Below, one piece after another: positions 12,601-23,529 of a DNA stretch of 50,498 nt (positions are counted from its first letter, which is position 1; every line of letters begins with the position of its first letter). The notes under the pieces are model-generated. The model had not been told where the DNA came from. It made no database searches and saw nothing but the letters and a program-made list of their open reading frames with translations. This DNA comes from Klebsormidium nitens (taxonomy: Eukaryota > Plantae > Klebsormidiophyceae). The DNA is taken from NCBI GenBank assembly GCA_000708835.1, contig DF237570.1:1-50498 (forward strand), given 5' to 3'. The position numbers and the translations under genes were made by a program.

Positions 12601-15600
12601 GCACGAACGCCTTCGTACCCAACACAATTATTGGTCTGAGCCAATGCGCACTTCTGCTGTTCCAGACCCGAATCGAACTTTTAAGTGGCACCTCGGGGCC
12701 CTGGTTCCATCTTCGCGCGACACGACCTTTCTAAGCAAGGAACAATCAACTTTCAAAAAGGATCTGAAAGAAAGCTTTTACTCTGTGCAGGTTCTCACGC
12801 TCCAGACTCGAGTTGAGGAACTCACCGCCGCCCTCGAGAGCGCCCGCAAGGAAGCCGAGGAGCGGCTCACTCACTCAGAAGACGAGAAGAACCGGCTTTT
12901 GGCATCGCTCGCCGACCAGCACGAATCCGCCGCCAGTGCTGTCCATAAGCTTGAACGGCTACAGGGACTGCTGCAGACCGAAGTGGAAAAAGCGGAGAAG
13001 TACGAAGCGAGGATTGCGGAGCTCGAGGCCACGTCAGCTGGCCACGTGGCAGACGTCGAGCGGCTGTCGGGAGACCTGGCGGCGCTGCGGGCGAGCCACG
13101 ACGAGGCGGGTGACGTCATCAAGGGTCTCCAAGAGGAGCGGGAAGCGGCGCGCGGGGAAACGGAAGGTCTGAGGCGGAAGCTGGAAGCTGCGGAGAAAGG
13201 GGGAGACGAGGAGCTGGTTTTGGCGAGGGAACAACTAGGCGCGGCGCAGAAAGAGGCGGCGGGACTGAAGGCGGCTTTGGATGCCCACGAGAAAGAGTAT
13301 GAAGCGAAGCTGAAGGAGTGGGAAGAGAAAGCGAGGGGGCTGTCAGAGGAAGTGGGGGCGTTACGTGCGCGAGAGGAGGAGCGGGTTGCGGCAGTCGCGG
13401 GTGCGGAGGCGCAGCGCGCAAAGGCGGTTGCGGCGGTGCAGAGCACCAAGAAGAAGACCCAGGAGATGGTTGCGCAGGTAGATTTCCAATTTGTCCTCTA
13501 CCCGGCTTTTCGTGACCCCCAAAAAACCTGTCAACTAAAAAGCTATTTTTGGTGGGCGGTGCAGAGCGCTAAGAACAAGACGCAGGAGATGCTTGCGCAG
13601 GTTAGTTTTGATACTTTTCCTTACCGATAGAAACCATCAATAATCAGCTTTTTTTACTAGCAGTATACACCTTGTTTGCAGATTACGCAAATCCATGAAG
13701 GTTCTTGCACACGTTTACTTCACCACCCTAGAACCCTAACCTATGTATGTTGTGTTGGTTTGACTATGATCAAGCTCTGTAAAACGGAAGGTCGTTCTGC
13801 TGGGCCAAAACAAACCTAGATCTTGATCCAAACATTCTTGCGCTCCGCACCTATATTCACCCTTATCTTCAAGCTAGCCCCGCCTGTCACCCCGGTTTGG
13901 TGGTGGTGATGACATGGCGCATGCTCATAGAGGCGACTTTTCTGTGGCGCAGATGCAAATGATCATTGCGGAAGCAGAGACTCTGAAAGCGGCGGTCGAG
14001 ACGCGGGATAACACTGTAGCGGAGCTGGAAGGACGGGTTGCGGAGCTCGAAAAAGAGAAGCGGGAGCTCAGTGCGAGGTCAGCGGGGCTGGAAGGAGAAC
14101 GAGAGGCGCTTCGACAAGAGATGGCGGAGCAATCCGCGCGGATTGAAACGTTGACGGCGGAAGCGCAGGGGGCGCTCGAGAGAGGGAGCCTGGAATTGGA
14201 CCAGCGGGTTGCGACGCTCGAACGGGAGCTGTCCGAATCGAGGCAGGAAGCGTCCGAAGCGCGCGAAGAGGCGTCCGAATCGCGCCACGTGGCGTCCGAA
14301 GTCCGTCGAGAGCTGTCCGACGTCCGGGAGCAGCTCAGGCAAGAACGCGCGAGGGCGGAAACGCTGTCGAAGCAACTGGAAGAGGCCTCGGAACGGCTCT
14401 ATAATGAGATAGCATCCTCACGGGGAAGGATCGATGCGCTGACGTCAGAGCTCGAAGAGCGCGCCCGCGAGGTTGGAGCGCTTCGGGGCCAGATTGAGCG
14501 GATCACGGAGCAGAACGCGGAACTAGAGGCGGGGTGGGAAGAGGAAGCGAGGGGCCGGCAGGAAGATGCGTCGAAGCACACCCTGGAACTCCAAGCGCGC
14601 ACCGAGGCGGTGCACGAGCTGGAGACACGTGTCCAAGACCTGTTGGGTTCGGAGGCGCAGGTTAAGGAGCTGCAAACCCGGGTCAGCGACCTGGAGGGTT
14701 ACGAAGCCCGAGTGAGGGAACTGGAGGGTTACGAAGCCCGAGTCAGGGAACTGGAGGGTTATGAAGCCCGGGTTAAGGAGCTGCAAGGCGTGGAGGTCCG
14801 GGTCAAGGAGCTGGATATCCGGGTTAAGGAGCTGGAGGCGATGCAAACCCGGTCGGAGGAGGCGCTGGATACGGTTTACCTCGAGCTTGCGGAGAAAGCG
14901 AAAGAGAGCGAAGGGCTCACTGCTTCGATCGAGCAGGAACGGGGAGCCGCCGCCGAGAAGGTCCAGAAACTAGAGGCGGAGCTCGACGAGGTCGTGCGCA
15001 AGCTCTCCGGGGTTAAGGAGGAGCTAACCCGGGTTAAGGACGCCCACGCGCAAACCCAAAAAACGTTCCGGGAGAGGGAGGAAGAAGTCGAGAGTTTGCG
15101 GCAGGAGTTGGCCGATTACGGAGCGGAAACTGCGGCTACTCGCGGGAGCGAGCTTTCGAGAGGCCCTGTCACGCCGAAGGTCGAAGCGCGGCAGCCGGCC
15201 GAGTTGAGAAACGACACGGGCAGAGGCCTCCCGACGTCGCCGCTGCAATCGACGGGGCCTCTGGTGGCGGTGGCCAGCGTGGCGCAGCTGCGGGGCGCGC
15301 TGGCGGCCCGCGAGCTGGAGGTTAAGGAGCTAACCCGGCGGTTAGCGGAGGTTAGCGAGGCGGCGAGGCAGGCCAAGGGCAAGGAGGACGCGGTGCGGCG
15401 AGAGCTGAACGACTTGGTAAGAGTTGGGCACGGATCACGTCGTCGCTGGTTGCTCGGATCTGAGGTCCTAAACCTTAAGACCCAAAACAGGATTATCTTC
15501 CTTCTTGACACCGATAGTACATATTTTTGCATTGGTTTGGCTGGACAGTCAAACATTCCGGTACGAGTAACAGCGGATGCTCAGACCTATTGCTCGTCGC

Positions 15601-17403
15601 TTTGCTTTCCGTTCTTGTCAAATCCATAATGCACCCTTGTACCCTTCTTCCAACAATGACCGACTATCGGCCCCTTTGAAAAATCGTCTGCACGAAAGGC
15701 ACGTTCGACCCTCCATCCGTCCTTAGTTGATTTTGCGCTTCAAACGCGACCCCATCTGCTCTATCAAGCCTCTCTTCCCCAGTCCTCTCTGTCCTCTGAT
15801 CTTGCTCAGGCTGGGCCTAACCCATGCGTCCCTTACCCCATGCCAGGCTTAACCCATGCCAGGCTTAACCCACTTTTTCTTTTCTCCCCCCAGCACCAGC
15901 GCTACCGGGAGCCCCCCCTGCCGGTGTCCACGATTCCACTGGGCTCCCCCATTGCCTCTTCTTCGTCATCCATGCCCCTCTCCACGCTCAACTCTCGAAA
16001 ACCGGGGCACTCCTCCGACCAGGAAATACTGCCACTTCTGGCGGACGACGACAAAGGTGAGTCCACCATCCCATCGCAACTTTCAAGTTGCTTGGTTTTG
16101 ACTCCTTCTCTTTCCTGGACCACAGTCCGCTATTTGGAGAAGCTCCATGGGCGTTAACGGACAATTCGCCAGGAAGACTGTGGGTCCATGGAGGTACTTT
16201 AGGTTCCTCTTTTTCCAACTTATGGAAAAGGAGTCTGCGCCGGACAGGAAGGGTACGAGGAAACGACATGCATGTTTTTGCTTGTTCGCATTTTCAGATT
16301 TTTGAATGCCGTGCCGAGCTGTCACTATAAGGCAGCGTCAGTCACAGCGTTGTGTCACCGCTGTTTTCTGTGTTTATGTGTGTGTTTTTTGTATCCTTTG
16401 TTTGTTTCGTACGTCCACAAGATTGCGGCTCGCGCATACAAAGCACACCAGTCACCTCTGTAATCCTCCCCCAGTATCTATCATCGGTTACCCGCAAGCC
16501 GCAATCCCTGTTTTCAGTTGACAGAAAAGCCCCAAGTCTCGATTGACTCAAACAGTCTGTGCATAGTCAACGGACAGACTACGTATGCAGCACCTTTCGA
16601 GACTCTCTTTGAAACTCTTGGAGCTTGCCAGCTTGCGCGTGCTTTCAGACTTAATGATAGCCTGGTTGCTCGGCTACGAAGCGCGTCCTTATTCCGGCGT
16701 CTTAACCTGCCCCGTATTCGCACAGAGCGGGGCATTGACACGGGGCCTTTTCCCAACGCAGAGAGCTACCTTCGCCCGACCACTGCGCTGCTACGAAGGT
16801 TCCCGCGCGCACTCCGGCCCCTCGCTGAGGGCGCCGATAGGCTATCGTGAGGCTTCCACTTCGTATTTCACCGCTTGGTTTGTTGTGTTATTCGCTGCCG
16901 TCAGTACGGCAATCTTTACCGAAATTACGTTCCTTTTGTAAAGTGGCTACTCTTCTGGAACCGGCAAGCGGAATGTAGGCAATCAATCAGCAGTGCGCGC
17001 AACGAGCGGGTTCCTTGGCAAGTTGAAAGAGCTCTTCGTTCTGCGCCGTTCCTCACTTTAAAACCTGGTCGCAAGCGGCTCAGTACAGCTCACCAACTTT
17101 TGCGGCCTTTGTCGGTTCTACGGTGGATTTACATCTCCACCCCGTTTCCCTGGGGAGACACGTGTCGTTCAGGGAAGCACGGGCGATCTGAGCCGTTAGT
17201 GCACGCTTGGTGTCTTGGGCCTATTTCACCATGTTCGCAGTTTTCGCAGACTGCCGCACAGCGTCAGAGTGCCTAACGCCTGTCCCTGTTTGGTTCGCAG
17301 GACGCTCACTGGGAGGACCCTCCAGGCACAGCCCGGCGCTCGACTCGCAGCCATGGCCTACTGCGTTGTGCTGCATCTCTTCGTCGTTTTTCTCATTTCG
17401 ACG
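609..17403 (+). CDS. TNO1: Giant tail-anchored coiled-coil golgin, TNO1-like (~3,730 aa). Exons: 609-647, 1075-1326, 1666-1812, 2118-5894, 6186-6525, 7092-8185, 8625-11165, 11594-12085, 12791-13477, 13953-15416, 15894-16056, 16762-16846, 17301-17403; terminal codons after 17403 not resolved
   Basis: All listed exons have GT/AG ends and consistent phases (11,184 nt). N-terminus MASKDLLAAGKKR|LEQFRQNK; two (R/K)EKLxxAVxKGK motifs (~3250-3290, ~10680-10720); C-terminus LADDDK|ESYLRPTTALLRRFPRALRPLAEGADRL|STLTGRTLQAQPGARLAAMAYCVVLHLFVVFLIST resembles the plant TNO1 tail (DEDK...VPRFTRPL...DRTLMRQPALRL + TM). E/A/K/L-rich heptads throughout. Confidence 0.85.
5349..5600 (+). repeat. Coding tandem repeat, 63 nt / 21 aa x4 (ELTQEVESAEALRKESEARVK)
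   Basis: Four consecutive gagctaacccaa/g-initiated units in exon 4, in frame. Confidence 0.9.
7190..7489 (+). repeat. Coding tandem repeat, 75 nt / 25 aa x4 (SALEKLREAEEKATQTEAALRKELT)
   Basis: Four near-identical units visible in DNA and in ORF 7055..8254. Confidence 0.9.
14691..14835 (+). repeat. Coding tandem repeat, 30 nt / 10 aa (LEGYEARVRE x3 plus degenerate copies)
   Basis: ctggagggttacgaagcccgagtgagggaa-like unit x3, followed by LQGVEVRVKE and LDIRVKE. Confidence 0.9.
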
Positions 17404-19212
17404 GTAAGTCGGAAACTTCGTGTCCTGTATCTGAGAACACATTCTGAGTACGTCCATGGTTGCTCGTCTTTCCTTTGCCGTTTCCAAGATGCCAATAGAG
17501 GTGTCAGCATGTTTAAACTACTCAACAAGGCATGCCTTCGCCTGTAGAATGATTACTGCCCTTGTCTTTGAGTCCCTGAAATGCTCACGGCGCGTTCGTG
17601 GAGCTGCCAACGAGGAAAAGGGCTCTTCCTTGTTTTCTGTTCTTTCTTCTTTGTACTTATTCAAGCTCCGCTTTAACAGAGTTTTCAATTGCCGTGCAGA
17701 GGAGTTGTCCCTTACCATGACAGACGCGATATGCGTGTTAGTGACCTTCTACGGCATTTGGGCCCCAAGCATCAGGTTTGACATGGCAGTCTTTTACGTC
17801 GGACCCCTAGGGTTTAGGACGGAGCAATCTGGGTCTAATAGCACCTGCATACGGCTCGCCCTAAACGCAGTCGAACTCTACTCTTACTAGCTTGAACACC
17901 GGATCTAGAGACGTCATGTGCCACCGATCAGAGATTTACTGCAATAGTATAAGGCCTTGTTATCTGCTGTATGATCATCGTTGACTTGATTTGCCTGGGG
18001 TCGAGTCGCACACTCTCTTTGATGCCCCAACCTTTTCTGGCGGGTTATCGGAGATGAAGCGCGGCAGTTGGGCAGGATTTCGTCGTTGTTTCGGCTCTAG
18101 GCGCCGTGATCGTCAAGGTTGGCAGTTGGAACGCAGTCGATTGGCTGAGTGCAGTGCAGTACGCACATGCATGTTGGATAGATGCATTAATTGTCCTGAG
18201 AAAGAAACATCATGTGATTCATCCAGTGAGTACTATAATCACTATGACGTCCGGTACATGATATGCGCAACATAATGACCTAGCTAGCTATCGTGATCGG
18301 ACAGGCCGGACCGGGCCGAGGTGTAAGCCTAAATCCGAGCTGCAACATAATTGTCTGCAAGATTTCGGAACCGGTATGCAACCGTCGACTTTCTCAAAGT
18401 CGGATTGAACGCGGCAATTGCCGCGATTGATTAACCCTTGACAATTAAACCCGCCGCCTGTATGTATCATTCCCAACATTGAACTCAATTAATGTCACTA
18501 ACGGTACAGTGTCACATGTTGCACAGCCAGCCAACTTCAATGCCAAGTTGGCGCGGCGCCAGTTGCTCACATGGATATATATGGATGCTGCGCGTGCGCG
18601 GTGACGGGCCAACGTTGAGCTAGTCCATGCGCGCATCGATCCCTGGTGACATGGGCTGGCGCGTCGCGCCGTATGAGCGCTGCTGCCGCGGGCCGGTCTT
18701 GACGGTGCATACTCGACCGTCCAGAGTCTATGTAATTTAGTAAGCGGGATCAGGCATTTGCGGTATAACAGGTAAAGGCCGCGGGCCCCTAACTGATCGG
18801 CTTCAGTGGAATTAGTATTCAACTTCGCAGTTTGCGGACCTAAAAGAATGGTTTCTAACATACCTTCTAGATATCCTTGCATGCTGGTTCAAAGTGCTCG
18901 CTTCTCGCGAGATGGCTCCTCTGGCTTAAAGTTCCTTGCAAGGAAAACACCGGGGCAAGTTCTTAAGCCCCCGAGCAACCCCTTTTTGCACCCCAGGCTG
19001 ACGCCCCAGGAATGTTCTGACTTTTCTTCGGGCGTGCTCTCACCAACTCAAGCAAGCTTAGCCGCTAGCCGCTAAACCCTTGACATGTAATTTTTAAAAT
19101 CGCATGCTTTTGACAACGTAAAGAAATGACAGATTTTAGGGAAAATATGGACCTTACTCGCCACCCGAAAGCGGCTATGACGCTCTGAACTCTCAAAAGC
19201 CTCGATTCTTGC

Positions 19213-22200
19213 CTAAAGAGCTGAGCCCGCCATAGAGTAGGTGTAGATATTGCTCATTGGCACTTTGCCGAAGAGCTCAAGGAAGAAGGTGCGCATCGAC
19301 GCCCAGGAGCGCATGTCCGCCTGACGGTTGTACGCAGACTGGAATGTAGAAGAGGTTAAGCACGGGTTAGTGAGTAGAAGCCTGGGTGCTGAAATGGAGA
19401 AGGCGGGTTAAGCACCGACAATGAAGTAGAGTAGCATCGAATGTGGTAACCCTTCCGGCCTGGGTCGGTGAAATGTTGAGGAAGGTCTCACCCTGACTTG
19501 ACGGCGAGAGATCAAGCAAACGGTGGTCAAAGACTGCAATGTAGCTCGCGAACCCTCGGACTGAATGGCGTGAATGTGAGACTAGTCTAGAAAGTAGGGA
19601 CTGCCTGACCGTACCAGCGACGTCGAAAGAGATTATGCATTGTATTTGTGCATCGTAGCCACGACCAAAACGGCGGGAGACGTCATTGTGCTGACACTCT
19701 GGCGGATTCGTAAAGAGGAAAAGGAGGAGCCAGAGTACAAACCTATAAGTGCAAATCGTCCCTTTCTTTGGGTATTTCATAAATCCGGACCCGCTTTGCG
19801 AAGGCCTCTTGTTCAAGGGGCTCTCCAGCTTGCGATCCGTTCATCCAAGGCAGCGGTTCAACCCTAAGCCTTTTCAGACCTCGAAAACCCAGAATAGAAG
19901 AGATTTCAAACTGGATCTGTCCCTTATCCTTGCAAAACTCAACGTGGCAGGCTGGCCAGAGACAACGAAACAAACGCGGCGCATCCTTACCCTTGCGGTG
20001 CCCGGCACGTTGGTGGGGTTGGTGAAGGCGTGGGGAGTGTTCGAGTACTCGTGGAACTCCCAGGTGACGTTGGCTGCCGCCATCTCGGCCTGCAAAATAC
20101 AGACTAATGACGTCAGACAAACGGTGTTGAAATGTGTTCCGAGTATAAAGCGCATCAGACCTTGTACTCGTGAAACTCCCAGGTGACGTTGGCAGCCGCC
20201 ATCTCGGCCTGCAAGGTACAGAGTGATGACGTCAGAGTACTGACGTCAGACAAACGGTGTTGAAATGTGTCCGAAGACTCATGGAACTCCCAGGCAACGT
20301 TGGCTGCCGCCATCTCGCGGCCTGCAAAGTACAGGGTGATGATGTCAGAGTATTGACGTCAGACCAACGGTGTCAGAATGTTTCTGCGTACTTGCCGAAT
20401 TTCCCAGGTGACGTTGGCTGCCGTCATCCCGGCTGCAAACGAGAGTAGGTGTTTATTTGACCGTCAAGAAACGATTCAATGATTCCAGATCACCCTTTCT
20501 TTGAGCCCTAGTAAGTACGAAACGTGAAACGGCCGCGTTACCTTCTAACAGCACTCCGACTCACTCTTGCATTGGAAACGTCAGGCTGCCGAGCGGAAAA
20601 GTTCTTTACACTGAGCGACGCAACTCGCTCATAGAATCAAGACGGAACTTCGGTTCCACTTATGTACGTCGCTACAAAAGCCTGCCCATATCTTGTCCCC
20701 CCTAGACAAGCACAAACGGTAATTATATCTCAGTAGAGACTACTTCGAAAATTCAGAGTCAATTCAATAAAAAGTCGTCTCTTTATCGATTGTTCAAACC
20801 AATTAAACCAACCGTGTAGTGGGAACGGGCATTTAATCAAACGTCGCGTCAGAAAAAGGACTCACAACGAACTCCGGCTTTCCGTTGGGGATGTCCAGGT
20901 TTCCGCTGTGCAGCGCGATTTTGACGATTGCGCCGGGGGCAATCTTGGAGCCGGTGGTGTTGAGCTGACCGGGGTGGAAACCGACGACGCCTGTTGAAGA
21001 ATGGGATAAATACGGGTTAAATTCAAAACCCAAAACCCAAAACTCGTTAAGGCTGTTCGATTAGTTCTGTCTTTGGTTGATCGTGCAAGAGGAGACAATA
21101 CATTGAACGCTTGAAGGCCTGCAAGAGGAGAAAACCCCTTTCAACGCAGAGCTGGCAAGTAGTGAAACGAAAGTCCTTGTTTGAGAGTACAGAGCTCTTG
21201 AAAAGCTCTCGAAGTTTGCCAGCCTGGGACGGATGGGGTTGCTGCAAGGGTTCGAAAGGAAGGTGTTGGAGCGAGCTTTGAGAGTTGTCGGAAGAAAAGC
21301 TCTAGAATGAGTATCGTTCAGTGGAAATAAACACCCTTCGCCTCTGGAGTAGTCAGCAAAAACGACGAAAGAGAGTGGTATTCGAAGGTAAGTGATAACT
21401 GACAACGGGTTAAAGCAATAAATCACCCCAGGATTACAAGCTCCAGAGGCCCACGAGATTCTTCACTTAGGATGCTTTTACCGACTCAGAGGCAATACCA
21501 GCTCTGAGTCACTATCGAGTTCAATGGAGCATGTCGATAGCAGTGTGTCGGCAATTGTGGGCTGAGAGAATCACCTAGGAGGCCAGAAACGTTGGCACGT
21601 GCCAGCTCGACCATAGCAGATCCGCCGAGACAATAGCCGATGGCAGCAATCTGGCTTCCGTTGGTGACTGGCAGCGTCTTGACCTGAGAAGAAGACGACG
21701 AAACATTGAGATCGTTTTCTGGGGCTTTAATTTGAGACTCAGAGCGAAAACTCTCGGTAAAACTAGCGTTCTCAAGAGGCAGAGAAATACAGTGCCTGAT
21801 TTTGTAAACGATTCGGAAAGCCTACGAGTACCTGCTCGTCTTGGAACGCTTGAATAAGACTTGTCTTCTCGACTATTTTGCCACAAGAGCCTGGAAGCTG
21901 ATTCAGGGCCCAACACTCCCGAGCGAGAGAAAGCTGGACGTACGGAGGACGACTGGCAAACAAACAAACTCTCCCCACCTCTCGAAGACTTCCTGTCTCC
22001 TAGGTGTTAATTTAAAGTGCTCTTGGTAATCCGCAAAGCTATGTAAAGGCACAACAGTGTCTCAATTGGAAAAGTAGGTAAAGACAGAGCTCACTGTGTT
22101 GATCGCAGCAACCATGCGGGACCTCAGAAGGGCAGGGTTGCCCAGAAGAGTTTGTACAAACGCAGAGCGGTTGGAAGAAGGCAGGGAGGGGCCCTGCGTG

Positions 22201-23529
22201 ATGTTGGCGCCAAAGACATCGGCGACCATGGCTGCAAGGATACAGCAAAAATATGAGAATAGGGACGTCGTGTGATGTATCGTACCAAAATGTGCGAAAA
22301 GTTGTTGTCAAACTTACAGCACCGACTAAAGGAACTTTCTTGTGTTTTCTGTTTCTTCCCATGCTGCCCGCTACGAGGCCATGTCTGCCTGGAACCTCCT
22401 CTGTGGCATTTGGATTCAAGTTTTCCCACTAGGCAGCAAATCTAGGCAGCCAATCTAGCGGGAATGTTGAAGCTTGCAGAAACTTTTTTATTAAGTTGTT
22501 GAATCTATACAGATTGTCACTGGCAGTACAGTAATCTGGCTGAACGTCGTGGCACTTCAAGTGGTGAAGCGGGAAAAGCATGGCCGTGGCACAAAGATGG
22601 CTCATTGATAGACACTCCATCTGCTACTTGCAACATATTCACGTTAAGGTTAGATAACATGGCCCGTAACCCATAAATAGCATACTTTTCAAGCCACGTT
22701 TCCACAACAAACTCACCAACATAGCCGAGGTTGGCCAGCTGCATAGCCCTCCACTGCTCATAGGGACCGTTGCCATCAGAGTCAGGGACGATGATGATTG
22801 CGGGCCTTGCGACATTGGTCCGGTTGTCATACGTAAGGAAAGCCTGTGGAAACGGACACATGTCCACTTCAGGAGAAAGGGGAGAAACTGAGCTTGGCAA
22901 CTTTGGTGCTACATTCCTAAATGAGGTGAAGTTGGAACGGTGTTCTCATGCTGGAATGCTGACATCACAAGGGGGATGGAATGAGTAAAAGGACTAGCAG
23001 ATTGTGGCGGCCGTTCTGAGCCGTTTCAGAGCTTCCCTTTGAAACCCTGGACATGATGTTGCATCCTAAGAAGCAGCCCTGATAATCAATCGCAAATGCA
23101 TAGGAGGAATTGGTTCTGATCAATGAGGCATTGGTTCTGATCATTGATCAGAACACAAGGGGACATTGCAGATAAAATCGACCACTTCTTAGTACAGCAG
23201 CGTCTCTCTCGAGGGTACTGTGACCTTTCTTCGTAGACGTGATAAATTCCGCGTTAATCTGCAGTGCTAAGCCATTGGAAACTGCTTCCCCAGCGGGGCC
23301 CAAATTTACGTGAGAAACTTTCATCCCAAGCTAGAATAAGTTGCTTTTCTGTGAAAAGGTCCATCTAGTACGGTATGCTCACATTCAGCGGGATGTCTGC
23401 GTTATAGGGGACCCTCTGCATGGTCAGAGTCGTCATGTTGACCCCGGCGACCAGTTCGCTCTCCATCATCTGGGCATTGGCCGTGTGGAAAACGGCGAGG
23501 ACGGCAAGAAGGAGTAGAACGCGCGCCAT
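19213..23529 (-). CDS. Secreted dienelactone hydrolase-family alpha/beta hydrolase (289 aa). Exons (minus): 23529-23383, 22843-22717, 22231-22095, 21683-21575, 20990-20866, 20089-19991, 19338-19213
   Basis: Phase-consistent GT/AG exons total 870 nt. Motifs: PAIIIVPDSDG..QLANLGYVAMVADVFG, IAAIGYCLGG (Cys nucleophile), GVVGFH, IALHSGNLD (Asp), EMAAANVTWEFHEYSNTPHAFTNP (His), AYNRQADMRSWASMRTFFLELF. N-terminal signal peptide MARVLLLLAVLAVFHTANA. Confidence 0.88.
20047..20445 (-). repeat. ~120-nt tandem repeat x3.5 spanning the splice acceptor and 5' part of DLH exon 6
   Basis: Units begin at ~20047, 20161, 20281, 20401, each with ggaactcccaggtgacgttggctgccgccatctcggcctgca-like sequence (minus: cag|GCC GAG ATG GCG GCA GCC AAC GTC ACC TGG). 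Confidence 0.9.

Noticed and set aside
2300-15556. Many minus-strand ORFs (e.g. 5030..6019, 3613..4206, 14523..14846) rich in S/A/L/P
   Set aside because: They are antisense shadows of the GC-rich, GAG/GCG-biased coiled-coil exons and have no independent motifs or splice logic.
20047-20445. Repeat arrays here and at 31600-31920 as possible CRISPR arrays
   Set aside because: The context is eukaryotic, the units are 60-120 nt and degenerate, there are no unique spacers of constant length, and there are no cas genes.
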